Below, in pieces: positions 44,049-54,579 of a stretch of DNA of 64,000 nt. Every line of letters starts with the position of its first letter. Position 1 is the stretch's first letter. The position numbers and the translations under genes were made by a program. This stretch comes from a virus. The stretch covers positions 1 to 64,000 of IMG/VR virus record IMGVR_UViG_3300047476_000639; one strand, given 5' to 3'. The notes under the pieces were generated by a model. It made no database searches. It had not been told where the DNA came from and saw only the letters and a program-made list of their open reading frames with translations.

Positions 44049-45035
44049 ATGGCAACATCAGCACTACCGGGTGTAGACAGCAAATACAATTTCAGTTATT
44101 TCAAGTTTCCTAGCGACCTCACTCAGTCGCATAACAACCACTACATGGTTATTCAAATCAACGTACCGGTTAATCCTCTTACTGGTAATGCTAAAGGTAA
44201 TTACGGTCTTCAATCAAACGGTGATTACTCTAAAGTAGATGAATTGAACGTTGTTAGTGATGCAAGATTTGTTAACCCAACACCAATTGGTCGTATTGGT
44301 GGTCTTCCTGGGGCCCGCGAAACAAACCAAGTCGATATTGGTAGCTATGATCCTACAAAATACTTCTATACCAGAGGCACACGAAGAATATCCGATGCCA
44401 TTGCTCTATTCATGCCTACACCTATTATCTACAATACCATCAACGACTATGAAGAAATCAAGCTGACACAGTTATTTGGTCAAGGCATCGCCGCTCTAGC
44501 TGGCTCCATGGCAGGCAGAAGAACAGCAGCGCAAGCAAATGCTTCTGTTGATGATGCGCGGCAGGCAGCCGAGGGAGCATCTGGCGCTGTTTCTTCAGCA
44601 GGTCAGGTTATTGGCCGAGCAAGCCAGATGTTTGGCTACCCAATCAATCCAAAAGTAGAAGTGCTGTTCTCTAACACAAAGCTCCGCCAGTATGTCTTTG
44701 AGTTTCTAATGGCACCAACTTCTGAAGAAGAATCCAAGAATATCGCAAATATTATTCGCACACTTAGATTTCATGCTGCTCCTGAGTTGGAGTCATATGG
44801 TACATTCTTTATTCCGCCATCTGAGCTAGATATTACTTTCTATCATAATGGTAAAGAAAATACTGTGCTGCCGCGCGTAAATACATGTGTCATTGACCGT
44901 ATCGAAGTTGACTATACCCCACAACAGGGTATGTACACGACTTTCAGCAATGGTTATCCAGTAACAACCAGACTGAGCCTTGGTCTTCGCGAAGTTGAAG
45001 TTATCCACAAAGCAAGAGTATACGAAGGGTTCTAA
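44049..45035 (+). CDS. baseplate / tail-tube-associated structural protein (candidate gp48/gp54-like)
   Basis: First gene of the + strand structural module behind a late promoter; assignment is by position only. Confidence 0.4.
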   Translation: MATSALPGVDSKYNFSYFKFPSDLTQSHNNHYMVIQINVPVNPLTGNAKGNYGLQSNGDYSKVDELNVVSDARFVNPTPIGRIGGLPGARETNQVDIGSYDPTKYFYTRGTRRISDAIALFMPTPIIYNTINDYEEIKLTQLFGQGIAALAGSMAGRRTAAQANASVDDARQAAEGASGAVSSAGQVIGRASQMFGYPINPKVEVLFSNTKLRQYVFEFLMAPTSEEESKNIANIIRTLRFHAAPELESYGTFFIPPSELDITFYHNGKENTVLPRVNTCVIDRIEVDYTPQQGMYTTFSNGYPVTTRLSLGLREVEVIHKARVYEGF

Positions 45036-45038
45036 GAT

Positions 45039-45794
45039 ATGCCTACATTTTTCTCTAAATTCCCTGTCGTTCAGTATGACATGGAAAATAAAAGGTACAT
45101 TTACCAGAATTCACAGGTTGTCACCAACATACTGTTCAGAGTGGCAATGATCCGTGAAGTACTAGAGAATTCTGCTTCGTATTTTCAGTATACCATTACA
45201 GACAATGACAAACCAGAAACACTGGCAGACAAGTTCTATGATGATCCAGAAGCACACTGGGTTATTCTCTATGCAAACAACATTTTTGATCCTCAGTATG
45301 ATTGGCCTCTGGACTCAAAGTCTTTCTACAAATATATGGTTGATAAGTACAGACCACAAGCAGAAGCTGATTTAGGCGCAGGCATTCCTGATTACAGAGT
45401 ATATGACTGGACACAAGACACCACCAATCCTAACTCTGTGCATCATTATGAGAAGATTGTTACCAGAGAAAATGAAGCCGCTCAAATTATTTCCGAAAAG
45501 AGAGTTGAGATTAATAAAGAAAAAGAATGGGTAATTTCTTATATTACGGTGCCATTTGATGTATTTGATGAGCTACCAGAACAGTCTGTAGAGTTCTTCA
45601 ATAAACCAAATGAACTGAGTACAACGATTACACAGACAACAACCAAAACATCTGTGACATACCATGACTATGAAGACAATGAGAATGAAAAGAAGAGAAA
45701 CATCAAGGTGATCAAGAAAGCTTATTATAGACAGATCGTATCTGAATTCAATGATCTGACAGGCACCGATACGTATACTAGAAGGCTTATATAA
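45039..45794 (+). CDS. baseplate wedge protein with LysM-like (P2 gpX-like) domain, candidate gp53-like
   Basis: YTITDNDKPETLADKFYDDPEAHWVILYANNIFDP resembles the gpX/LysM-like fold that T4 gp53 also carries. Confidence 0.4.
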   Translation: MPTFFSKFPVVQYDMENKRYIYQNSQVVTNILFRVAMIREVLENSASYFQYTITDNDKPETLADKFYDDPEAHWVILYANNIFDPQYDWPLDSKSFYKYMVDKYRPQAEADLGAGIPDYRVYDWTQDTTNPNSVHHYEKIVTRENEAAQIISEKRVEINKEKEWVISYITVPFDVFDELPEQSVEFFNKPNELSTTITQTTTKTSVTYHDYEDNENEKKRNIKVIKKAYYRQIVSEFNDLTGTDTYTRRLI

Positions 45795-47026
45795 TGACAG
45801 AACCACGTTCAGACTTTCAAAAGACGCTGATTTCTGCACTAGCATCTTTTGAAGTATCTATACCTTCAGATTTCAAAGAAAGACTAGATGTTACACCAGT
45901 AGAGGTCAATCTGGTTGAAAGTCTTTTAACACCCGGTCTACAGACCTCGGTGACATTTCACAGCTATATGAATAATTCAGGTGAAGGTATCAAGAATTTC
46001 AATAATTTCAAAGGTAAAGACCTAGAAATTACCATAGAACGACCAATTCTTGCTGAGTTCGGTACACAGTATTATTTACCAATCAAACAAGTGGCTTATC
46101 GTTTAAGCAACCGCAAATTACTCAACATGAATACCGAGATGTTCACTGTACATGGTTGTGATCCGTCTCTACTCAATGATGCTAACGCACTGGTCAACCA
46201 AGCATGGAAATGCGTAACACCCTCTTCAGTAGTATCTGAAGTGCTATCTGCTTGCGCTGGTGTCAGCACCATGGATATTGAATCCTCAGGACCCGCCAGA
46301 GATTATATTGCAAAGAATATTCACCCATTCAAGGTCGTAGCAGAACAAGCAGAGGTGGCCTTGGCATCTGGTGATGATCCATCATTTATTCACTATATGA
46401 CCTATCAAAACTATGGCACTCACCACTTCAGGTCACTCAAATCGCTGGCGAGCCAGCCATCTATGACCACATTTTCATTCTCAGAAACAGGTATAAACAA
46501 GGGTTACGGTGACCCATTTACGATCATCGATTATTCATTTCCTTGTGACTTTGATTTATTGTCCGATATTCTCAATGGCACTGGATTAAATGGTAGGCCA
46601 ATCAATAGTGCTATCGTATTTAATCCAGCATTGTTCTCAATGGGCCTATTTGGTACTCAGCAAGTAGGATGTGGTATTGGTGCAGGTGATACTATGGTGA
46701 CATTCTCTAACCTTGGTGCTGAAGGTCAGCTAGACACATGTAATCTTGATATCGAAAAGTATTTACCGCGTAGACAGGCCAGAATGGGACTGCTTGAGCA
46801 AGACAAGATTGCTCTACGTATGACGGTGCCATGGAATCCATCACTTAATGCTGGTAAAGTCATCACCGCCGAGTTCTATGACAAGGCATCACCCGGTGCA
46901 TCTTCGTATACATATGGTTCAGGAACTTATTTGATTTCGAGTTTGGTACACAACATAAAGCAGGGTGGTTTTGCAACAACTACATTGGATTGTGTATCGA
47001 CAACAGTTGGTATTGGAGTAGTATAA
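45794..47026 (+). CDS. baseplate hub-like structural protein (candidate gp27-like)
   Basis: Position upstream of the spike-like protein; about 410 aa; weak. Confidence 0.3.
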   Translation: MTEPRSDFQKTLISALASFEVSIPSDFKERLDVTPVEVNLVESLLTPGLQTSVTFHSYMNNSGEGIKNFNNFKGKDLEITIERPILAEFGTQYYLPIKQVAYRLSNRKLLNMNTEMFTVHGCDPSLLNDANALVNQAWKCVTPSSVVSEVLSACAGVSTMDIESSGPARDYIAKNIHPFKVVAEQAEVALASGDDPSFIHYMTYQNYGTHHFRSLKSLASQPSMTTFSFSETGINKGYGDPFTIIDYSFPCDFDLLSDILNGTGLNGRPINSAIVFNPALFSMGLFGTQQVGCGIGAGDTMVTFSNLGAEGQLDTCNLDIEKYLPRRQARMGLLEQDKIALRMTVPWNPSLNAGKVITAEFYDKASPGASSYTYGSGTYLISSLVHNIKQGGFATTTLDCVSTTVGIGVV

Positions 47027-47027
47027 C

Positions 47028-48287
47028 ATGGCATTGAAATATGCAATCGTACTTGATAGACATCCAGAATATGGTGTGAAAGTATTACCTATTGATTTGA
47101 ATCCGGCGACAGTGCCAAAAGAAAAGCTTGCATGGTCGCATGTCTTCTCAGGTCCTAATGAGCGCGGCCGTAATTATGTACCAGAAATTGGTCAGCCAGT
47201 TCTCATTGAAGATAATCACTTTGTAGCAGGGCCTTCTGGTTCTAATTTTCACCCTGTTGTAGCCACTTTGAATCCTTCAATTAATCAACAAGGTGGTCTG
47301 CCAGGTAATATGAACCTCATGCAGGCATTTCAAGAGTTTCTATCTAGCACAAAGAATAATCTGCTTGTGCCACCAAATGTCAAAGAAGAAGGTGACCCAG
47401 TAGTACGTAAGAGACAAGATCGTGGTGACTATAACTTTGGTCAAACAAAGGGTATGCCGTCACACACATCTATTGCTCAGACATTTGGTATGGTTCTACC
47501 TCAAGTCAAGAATATCTCTACAGCCATTGACCAGTTCAACGGCGTACTAAATGCTGGTATGCTAGGATCATTTCCAGGTTCTTCGCTTGGTAATATTGTA
47601 GGTATGATCTCAAGTAATCCTGTATTTCAGCAGGCCCTTGGTCAGTTATCACCAGATGTACAGCAAGCATTTTCAGCCATCTCTACATTCTCTCGCACAG
47701 TTCAAGGTGGTGCTGGTGGTTATGGTTATTCTCTTGGTAGCACTGTCAATGAACAGTCAATAAATGAAAATGCAGTCAAGCTAATCACAGAGGTCAAAGA
47801 CGTTGCTGACCTGGCCAGAGTGCTGCAAGAACTTCAGTCAAACACAATGCTTCATGGCTGCGAAACACTGAGCAATGAAATCATCTACGTAAATGATGCA
47901 GTTACAGCTAATGCCAATGCTACAGTAAACGTTGGTAATGTCATTATAGCCAATGCAAATACGGTAAACACCAATACTTCCGCAATTATCATTACTTCAT
48001 GCGGTAAGGTTGAAACAAAAGACAGTTCAGATGTGCTTGATATATTGAATTTCATCATGTCTCTGTTGAATTCATTCCAGAATATACCATCATCTCAGTC
48101 AGGTACTGGTATCGGTGGTTCAAATGAAGTCTATAAGAAATGGGCTGAAGCTCAGAGAAGACTACCACCTCAAATCGAACAAGCAAGACAGAAACTCATT
48201 AGAGATGTATCGACTGCCGGAGGTAAAGACTCCAATTTTGCTATTATTCAGCAAATACAGAACTTAGCTTACATACTGACGAAATAA
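47028..48287 (+). CDS. structural protein (419 aa)
   Basis: ATG right after the upstream stop; Asn/Val-rich beta-like repeats. Confidence 0.4.
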   Translation: MALKYAIVLDRHPEYGVKVLPIDLNPATVPKEKLAWSHVFSGPNERGRNYVPEIGQPVLIEDNHFVAGPSGSNFHPVVATLNPSINQQGGLPGNMNLMQAFQEFLSSTKNNLLVPPNVKEEGDPVVRKRQDRGDYNFGQTKGMPSHTSIAQTFGMVLPQVKNISTAIDQFNGVLNAGMLGSFPGSSLGNIVGMISSNPVFQQALGQLSPDVQQAFSAISTFSRTVQGGAGGYGYSLGSTVNEQSINENAVKLITEVKDVADLARVLQELQSNTMLHGCETLSNEIIYVNDAVTANANATVNVGNVIIANANTVNTNTSAIIITSCGKVETKDSSDVLDILNFIMSLLNSFQNIPSSQSGTGIGGSNEVYKKWAEAQRRLPPQIEQARQKLIRDVSTAGGKDSNFAIIQQIQNLAYILTK

Positions 48288-48299
48288 TAGGAGAATATT

Positions 48300-49094
48300 A
48301 TGGCACAGCAAGACAGTGGACAAACAGAACCAAGAAAGAAATCAGTACCTAAATTCGATCAGTTCAAGACACCTCATGATATTCCTCAAGCATTTGAAAA
48401 AATGGAGAATGTCACTGCGCTTCACCACGGTAGATCAGGTAATCTGATTGCCGCTGGTGACAATAAAGACGGTGAATTCTTGATGTTTCAGCACGTATCT
48501 GGTTCAGCATTTTATATCAATCCAGATGGAGCAGTTCAGTTTGTCTCTCACAACGGTCAGAACAGCTTGGTATTTGGTGAGAACAGAGTAATGGTCACGG
48601 GCGCACATGATATTGTGGTGCATGGTGGTGGTTCAATGAAAGTTGATGGTGACTACAACACAACCATCATGGGTGACTGCATTCAAACAATACAGGGTGA
48701 TATGATTACTTCATGTAAGAACCGTTTTGAAACAGTAGACGGTATGAACAGTCAGATTGCTCAGAACCATGCGGTCATGGCCAAAGAGAGCGTAGCAGTA
48801 TCATCTAAAGAACATATGTCGATCTCAGCAGGCAAAGGCCTTGGCATTTCATCACAGTCTGATGGTATTAAGATTGAAGGTAAAGGTGATGTGAGCATTG
48901 AGTCCACAGGTGGATCAATGAACTTTGTATCTAGAGGTATGTTTAATGTCTTTGCTGGTGCCAATTTTAATCTAGATGCGTCACCAAATATCTATTTCAA
49001 TTCAAATAAAGCTACTGCGGCAGATGCAAGAAAAGGTAAATTTATAGCGGCTCAGACTGCTACACCAGAACCTAACAGTTATATGGTAACATAA
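48300..49094 (+). CDS. baseplate central spike, gpV/gp5-like
   Basis: Beta-rich Gly-spaced repeats (VHGGGSMKVDGDYNTTIMGD...) typical of spike beta-helix; sits immediately upstream of the gp25-like gene. Confidence 0.45.
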   Translation: MAQQDSGQTEPRKKSVPKFDQFKTPHDIPQAFEKMENVTALHHGRSGNLIAAGDNKDGEFLMFQHVSGSAFYINPDGAVQFVSHNGQNSLVFGENRVMVTGAHDIVVHGGGSMKVDGDYNTTIMGDCIQTIQGDMITSCKNRFETVDGMNSQIAQNHAVMAKESVAVSSKEHMSISAGKGLGISSQSDGIKIEGKGDVSIESTGGSMNFVSRGMFNVFAGANFNLDASPNIYFNSNKATAADARKGKFIAAQTATPEPNSYMVT

Positions 49095-49112
49095 TGAGAC
49101 ATAAATAATACC

Positions 49113-49520
49113 ATGCTAAGACAATCAATATCCAGACTAAATGACTACTCAGACCTAGACCTCGATTTCTTAAGAAATCCGACAACCAATGATGTTGTTC
49201 TCAAAAGAGGCCAAGATGCCATCAAGAGATCAATACGTAACTTGATACTGACCAATTACTATGATCGACCATTCAGACCATCAGTTGGTTCTAATGTGCA
49301 AAGGCTTTTGTTCGATGAGATTGCTGATCCACTGGTCAAGAACCTGTTAGAAGCGGCTATCTCAGAGACTATCTTCAAGTTTGAACCTAGAGTTCGTCTA
49401 CAGTTCGTTGAGGTCAATCCTGATCTAGATGCCAATGGTATCAATGTGCGTCTTCAGTATACTATTTTGAACACAGAAGAACCAGTATTAACGACACTAT
49501 TTCTAGAAAGAATCCGTTGA
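49113..49520 (+). CDS. baseplate wedge protein, gp25 / gpW-like
   Basis: About 135 aa; DLDFLRNP...GQDAIKRSIRNLILTNYYDRPFRPSVGSNV fits the GPW_gp25 family pattern. Confidence 0.65.
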   Translation: MLRQSISRLNDYSDLDLDFLRNPTTNDVVLKRGQDAIKRSIRNLILTNYYDRPFRPSVGSNVQRLLFDEIADPLVKNLLEAAISETIFKFEPRVRLQFVEVNPDLDANGINVRLQYTILNTEEPVLTTLFLERIR

Positions 49521-49559
49521 AATGTATAGAATACTATATACTCCGAAAAGGAGTGTTAA

Positions 49560-50156
49560 ATGGAACAATACGGATTTGTCTATCTTTGGTATGACAAGAA
49601 GCACAAAAGGTATTACATAGGTTGCCGGTGGGGATCAGAAAATGATGGTTATATTTGCAGTTCAACATGGATGAAACAAGGTTATAAGCATAGACCAGGT
49701 GACTTCAGAAGAAAGATTTTAAGTAAGGTGTACACCAATAGAAAAGACTTGCTTGAAGAAGAATGCCGATGGTTGTCAATGATCAAAGAAGATGAATTAG
49801 GTAAGAGATACTATAATCTACACAACCATCACTTTGGTCATTGGTCCTCAGATTTATATAAGAAAGAGAAGACCATCAAGAAGATGATAGGAAACAAAAA
49901 CAGATTGGGTGATACAAAGACACCTGAAGAGAGACAGAAAATCAGCAAGTCTCTGACTGGAAGAAAAAGAAGTGCCGATAGCATTGAGAAGCAAAGACGT
50001 TCTCTATTAGGCAAAAAGCAAACACCAGAGAGTGTTGCTAAAAGAGTTGCGGCCAATAAAGGTAAAAAGAGACAAGGCCAGGCCTTGTTAAATATGCAAG
50101 AAGCAGCAAGAAAAATGCGTGTTGTGAGACAAAACAACATCGCACTAAGAGGTTAA
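49560..50156 (+). CDS. free-standing GIY-YIG homing endonuclease with NUMOD-like C-terminal DNA-binding repeats
   Basis: GFVYLWYDKKHKRYYIGCR GIY-YIG module; repeated TPEERQKISKSLTGRKRS and TPESVAKRVAANKGKKRQ; inserted between the gp25-like and gp6-like genes. Confidence 0.7.
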   Translation: MEQYGFVYLWYDKKHKRYYIGCRWGSENDGYICSSTWMKQGYKHRPGDFRRKILSKVYTNRKDLLEEECRWLSMIKEDELGKRYYNLHNHHFGHWSSDLYKKEKTIKKMIGNKNRLGDTKTPEERQKISKSLTGRKRSADSIEKQRRSLLGKKQTPESVAKRVAANKGKKRQGQALLNMQEAARKMRVVRQNNIALRG

Positions 50157-50157
50157 A

Positions 50158-52230
50158 ATGTCATCTGCAAATACAGCACTAAGAGTTACGGAATTAGATT
50201 TCGTTTCAATCAAAGAAAACATCAAGAATTATTTGAGAGGCCAATCGGAATTTCAAGACTTTGATTTCGAAGGCTCTGCCATGTCCGTCTTGCTGGACAT
50301 TCTTGCATATAACACTCACTATATGGGCTACTATGTCAATATGGTGGGTAACGAGATGTTTCTTGATACTGCACAGATCAGACAGTCGGTCATATCACAT
50401 GCAAAGATGATCAATTATTTCCCTAAGAGTCCAAGGGCATCAGAAGTCAAAGTAAATATTCGTGTCACACCAAGTATCAATGAAGATCAATCGGTGACCA
50501 CCCTTACACTTGACAAGTACACCAGATTTTTAGGTAGAGATATTGACGGTGTAAACTATCAGTTCGTCACAAATGACACATACAATACAAGCAAATCAAA
50601 CGGTTCTTTCCAGTTCGCAAACGTAACACTCAAGCAGGGTGAAGTTGTCACCAGACAGTTCGTTATGGACTCTCTCAATATAAAGAGACGCTTTGATATT
50701 CCTTCTGCCAATATCGACACCGATACGGTATCTATCATTGTGCAGGAATCTGCTATCAATACTTACACAGAGGTCTACACTGCATATCAAGATGTGCTTG
50801 ATATCAACGCAAACACCAAGGCATATTTCATTGAAGAAAATGAAAAGGGCCAGTACTCAGTTTATTTTGGTGATAATGTCGTAGGCAAAAGACCAAAAGA
50901 TGGTAATATCATCACCATTACCTATCTTGATGTAATGGGTTCAATGACCAACAAGATAAACAATTTTGCAATTGTTCAAACTGCTGGTGGATATTTCAAT
51001 GATAACGTATCTGTAACCACTATCTCAGCATCTTATTCAGGTGCAGAAAGAGAAACAATTGCAGATGTTCGCTATAGAGCACCATACCACTATGCAACTC
51101 AAAACCGTGCTGTAACTGTAGGTGACTATGAGACTTTAATTCTCAGAGATTACAGCAATATTGATGCAGTCAAGACATGGGGTGGTGAAGACAACGATCC
51201 ACCTATCTATGGTAAAGTGTTCTTGTCTCTCAAGACTAAAGAGAACTATTTCTTGTCAAATCAAGAAAAAGAAAATATCAAAGAGAGTTTAATCCGTAAC
51301 CGCAATGTTCTCACTGTTATCCCTGAGATTGTAGATCCAGACTATTCATATATCATTGTCAGAGGTGATGTGTATTACGATCCAACACTGACAAGTTTGT
51401 CTGCTGAACAGATCAAGAGTTATGCAAGAGCCGCTGTTATTGATTATAAGACAAGAGAATTGACAGGGTTTGATGCGACATTCAGATTAGAAGACCTTCA
51501 GAGCTTCGTGAAGACTTCTGAAAAGTCTATCAAGGGTTCTGACATGAAGGTGTTCTTGCAGAAGAGAATTCAGCTAACACCATCAGAGACAAAAAAATAT
51601 ACGATCAATGCCAATTTCCCTATCAAGAAGGGTGATTATAATCAGCAGATAGCTTCATATCCTACTGTAAAGGTTTATGACTCCTCTAACACACTTAGAG
51701 AGGTTAAGTTCGAAGAAGTACCAGAAGCATTTACTGGTGTGGATTCTATTGAGATCGTAAATCCTGGTATCAACTATACTTCAACACCTACGATCACTAT
51801 CACAGGTGACGGTTCAGGAGCAACAGCCGTTGCAAGAATAGCCGGCGGTAGAATTGTAGAAATTACAGTGACAAACAAGGGTGTTAACTATACCAGAGCG
51901 GTCGTATCGATCTCTGGTGTTGGTTCAGAAGCATCTGCTGTGGCCAAGCTACAGTCAAAGTTTGGTAAACTTCGCACATTCTACACAAAAGAAAATGGTG
52001 AGAAAGTTATTGTCAATGCCGAGGCTGGAACAATCAATTACGAAACAGGGTTTATTGACCTGACTTCAGTATTTACGCTTGGCACTACAACCAACGACTT
52101 CTATGATACAAACATCTTGACATTTGATTTACCAATAGAAAGACATAACATCTATCCTCTACGCAATCGTATTGTAGACATAGATGAAAATGATGCACGA
52201 TCAATTCAATTAACAGTTCTACCAGAGTAA
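50158..52230 (+). CDS. baseplate wedge protein, gp6 / gpJ-like
   Basis: 690 aa (T4 gp6 is 660 aa); position directly after gp25; C-terminal GSGY / GDGSGA repeat module. Confidence 0.5.
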   Translation: MSSANTALRVTELDFVSIKENIKNYLRGQSEFQDFDFEGSAMSVLLDILAYNTHYMGYYVNMVGNEMFLDTAQIRQSVISHAKMINYFPKSPRASEVKVNIRVTPSINEDQSVTTLTLDKYTRFLGRDIDGVNYQFVTNDTYNTSKSNGSFQFANVTLKQGEVVTRQFVMDSLNIKRRFDIPSANIDTDTVSIIVQESAINTYTEVYTAYQDVLDINANTKAYFIEENEKGQYSVYFGDNVVGKRPKDGNIITITYLDVMGSMTNKINNFAIVQTAGGYFNDNVSVTTISASYSGAERETIADVRYRAPYHYATQNRAVTVGDYETLILRDYSNIDAVKTWGGEDNDPPIYGKVFLSLKTKENYFLSNQEKENIKESLIRNRNVLTVIPEIVDPDYSYIIVRGDVYYDPTLTSLSAEQIKSYARAAVIDYKTRELTGFDATFRLEDLQSFVKTSEKSIKGSDMKVFLQKRIQLTPSETKKYTINANFPIKKGDYNQQIASYPTVKVYDSSNTLREVKFEEVPEAFTGVDSIEIVNPGINYTSTPTITITGDGSGATAVARIAGGRIVEITVTNKGVNYTRAVVSISGVGSEASAVAKLQSKFGKLRTFYTKENGEKVIVNAEAGTINYETGFIDLTSVFTLGTTTNDFYDTNILTFDLPIERHNIYPLRNRIVDIDENDARSIQLTVLPE

Positions 52231-52233
52231 TAA

Positions 52234-54549
52234 ATGGCAAACACCAATAGTAAAATCTCTAATCTGGTTGCGTCTCAGGTTCCTTTCTTTGTAAGAAATG
52301 ACCATGAGACTTTTGTGCGCTTTCTTGAAGCTTACTACGAATACACAGAGCAAAACGGTAAAGTAATTGAACGCGGCAAAAATTTACCAGCATATGCAGA
52401 TATCGATAGAACTGTTGATGAATTTGCTGAGTATTTTTATAGAACATTTATTAACCAGATACCAAGAGAGATCATTGCTGATAAGGCGCTGGTACTCAAG
52501 CATATCAAAGATTTCTATAAGGCCCGTGGTACAGAAAAATCAATTGAGTTCTTGCTTCGTATTTTGTTTGGTGAAGAGAACACAGAGTTCTATTACCCAA
52601 AGAGAGATGTTCTCAGGGCCTCTGATGGTAAGTGGTTTATTGAAAAGTCTGTCAAGATTGAAGATGTAAAAGTTGATGGTGTAGCAAATTCTTCTGTGAA
52701 TGTTTTACAAAACTTCAAGAGTAGAAAAATTACAGGTAATACAACTGGTGCATATGCCATCGTAGAACGTGCAGATGTATACTATGAGGCAGACGTTCTT
52801 ATCTATGAACTGAAGATTTCTAACCAGTACAAAACATTCAGAGCCGGTGAAACTATCTTCACTCTCTTTGATGATAACGGTACAACACGCAGCCTGACTG
52901 CAAACTTATTCAAAGGGTTCATCAATACTGTTGATGTGACTACACCCGGTGCTGGTTATACAGTTGGTACCGAAGTGCCTATAGAAAGCCTCACAGGCAC
53001 AGGCGGAAATGTCATCATTTCTTCTGTTACTTCAGGCAACATTGTGTCTCTTGGTGTTATCAAAGGCGGTGCTGGATTTCAAGTTTCTGATCAAATGATC
53101 ATCGCCGGCGGCGGCGGTGTTGGTGCCGGTGGTTTTGTGGCTACAGTATTGAAAGATAACTCAGTTCACCCAAACACATATTCTGTGCCTATCTCTACAA
53201 TTGCACTTGAAGCAAACACAACAATTGGTAATACTTTATATTCTAATTTAAGTTCGTCAAATGTAAATACAGCTATCGCCAATGCCACTTCATATTTTAC
53301 ATATGGTAATACTGGACCTATCTTAGCGGCGACCGTGTCTTTCCAAGGTAGCGGTTACTCATCGCTACCTTCTATCTCTGCGGTATCTAATACTGTTGTT
53401 CGTAGCTTAGGTGTTCTAGGTCGTATGGAAATTGTCGATGGTGGATTAGGTTACGCCAACGGTGATGCCATCACTTTCACCAATACAATAGGTGGTTATG
53501 GAGTCGGCGCTTTAGCAAACGTAAAATCTGTAGATGCCAACGGTAAGATTGTATCAGTTCAATTTGTACCTGTGCCTGGTCAAATAACTGGTGGTTCTGG
53601 ATATTCTCAGGCCAAATTACCAAGCGCAAATGTGTCTAGCGGAACAGGTAACGGTGCTCAAATTTTAGTTACAGCAATTCTTGGAGATGGTGAAGACATT
53701 CAAGCTGGTACCAGCACTCTTGGTGGTATCATCAAGCTGACCATCGTGAACAGAGGTACAAACTATGATGTAGACACAAAGCTGAACTTGACCAGTATTG
53801 GTGACGGTACAGCCAAAGCAAACGTATCTATCGTTACAGGTTCATTTACATATCCTGGTAGATATCTCAATGATGACGGACATCTGTCTGGTTACAACTT
53901 CTTGGAAGATAGAGATTACTATCAAAACTATTCATACGTTGTGAAGGCTAGACAGTCTATTGAGAAGTATAGAAAAGCTCTCAAAGACCTAATTCACCCA
54001 GCAGGCATGAAGTTGTTTGGTGAATACTTGTTTGTTGATCCTCTGGTCAACCTATCATTCAATAGCACAACAGGTCAATATTCAAATACAACTCAGATCG
54101 GCACATATATCTCTACATCTAATGCCAATGGTACTCTGGTTCTGGTGTACAGTCCTAATGAAGATGTGTCTAGTTTTGCTAATGTCTATATCGAAATTGA
54201 AAGTGGTGACACTAGCAACTTAAGCAATGGTATATTCAAGACAAACGCTGTAAACTCAGCAGCATTTACGATCTACTATGCCAATACAGTATCTGGTACA
54301 GTATCTGCAAACTCAGGACTTGGAAATACAAGAGTTCTTACAGGTTCTGGTACAGCATTCAATACGCTGAACCTTGGTGATGCAATTCGAATTTCAGGAT
54401 ACTCAAATACCTTCTATGTTGGTTCTGTACACAACAGCACATCTATGTCTGTCACAACAGTGTTGCCTAAGAATTTGACAGGAAATACTTTCTACAGAGT
54501 TCAAACTAGAGCGAACAGCAGCGGCAACCTTTTGTTTATTAGCGTATAA
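52234..54549 (+). CDS. baseplate / tail-fibre structural protein with repeated GSGY-GxGxGA modules
   Basis: 771 aa; several TPGAGYTVG...TGTGGN and GSGYS... repeats. Confidence 0.45.
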   Translation: MANTNSKISNLVASQVPFFVRNDHETFVRFLEAYYEYTEQNGKVIERGKNLPAYADIDRTVDEFAEYFYRTFINQIPREIIADKALVLKHIKDFYKARGTEKSIEFLLRILFGEENTEFYYPKRDVLRASDGKWFIEKSVKIEDVKVDGVANSSVNVLQNFKSRKITGNTTGAYAIVERADVYYEADVLIYELKISNQYKTFRAGETIFTLFDDNGTTRSLTANLFKGFINTVDVTTPGAGYTVGTEVPIESLTGTGGNVIISSVTSGNIVSLGVIKGGAGFQVSDQMIIAGGGGVGAGGFVATVLKDNSVHPNTYSVPISTIALEANTTIGNTLYSNLSSSNVNTAIANATSYFTYGNTGPILAATVSFQGSGYSSLPSISAVSNTVVRSLGVLGRMEIVDGGLGYANGDAITFTNTIGGYGVGALANVKSVDANGKIVSVQFVPVPGQITGGSGYSQAKLPSANVSSGTGNGAQILVTAILGDGEDIQAGTSTLGGIIKLTIVNRGTNYDVDTKLNLTSIGDGTAKANVSIVTGSFTYPGRYLNDDGHLSGYNFLEDRDYYQNYSYVVKARQSIEKYRKALKDLIHPAGMKLFGEYLFVDPLVNLSFNSTTGQYSNTTQIGTYISTSNANGTLVLVYSPNEDVSSFANVYIEIESGDTSNLSNGIFKTNAVNSAAFTIYYANTVSGTVSANSGLGNTRVLTGSGTAFNTLNLGDAIRISGYSNTFYVGSVHNSTSMSVTTVLPKNLTGNTFYRVQTRANSSGNLLFISV

Positions 54550-54552
54550 ATA
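54545..54552 (+). promoter_or_regulatory. T4-type late promoter TATAAATA
   Basis: Exact TATAAATA 28 nt upstream of the 54580 start. Confidence 0.4.
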
Positions 54553-54579
54553 CCACAATAGAACTGGAACAGTACAATA

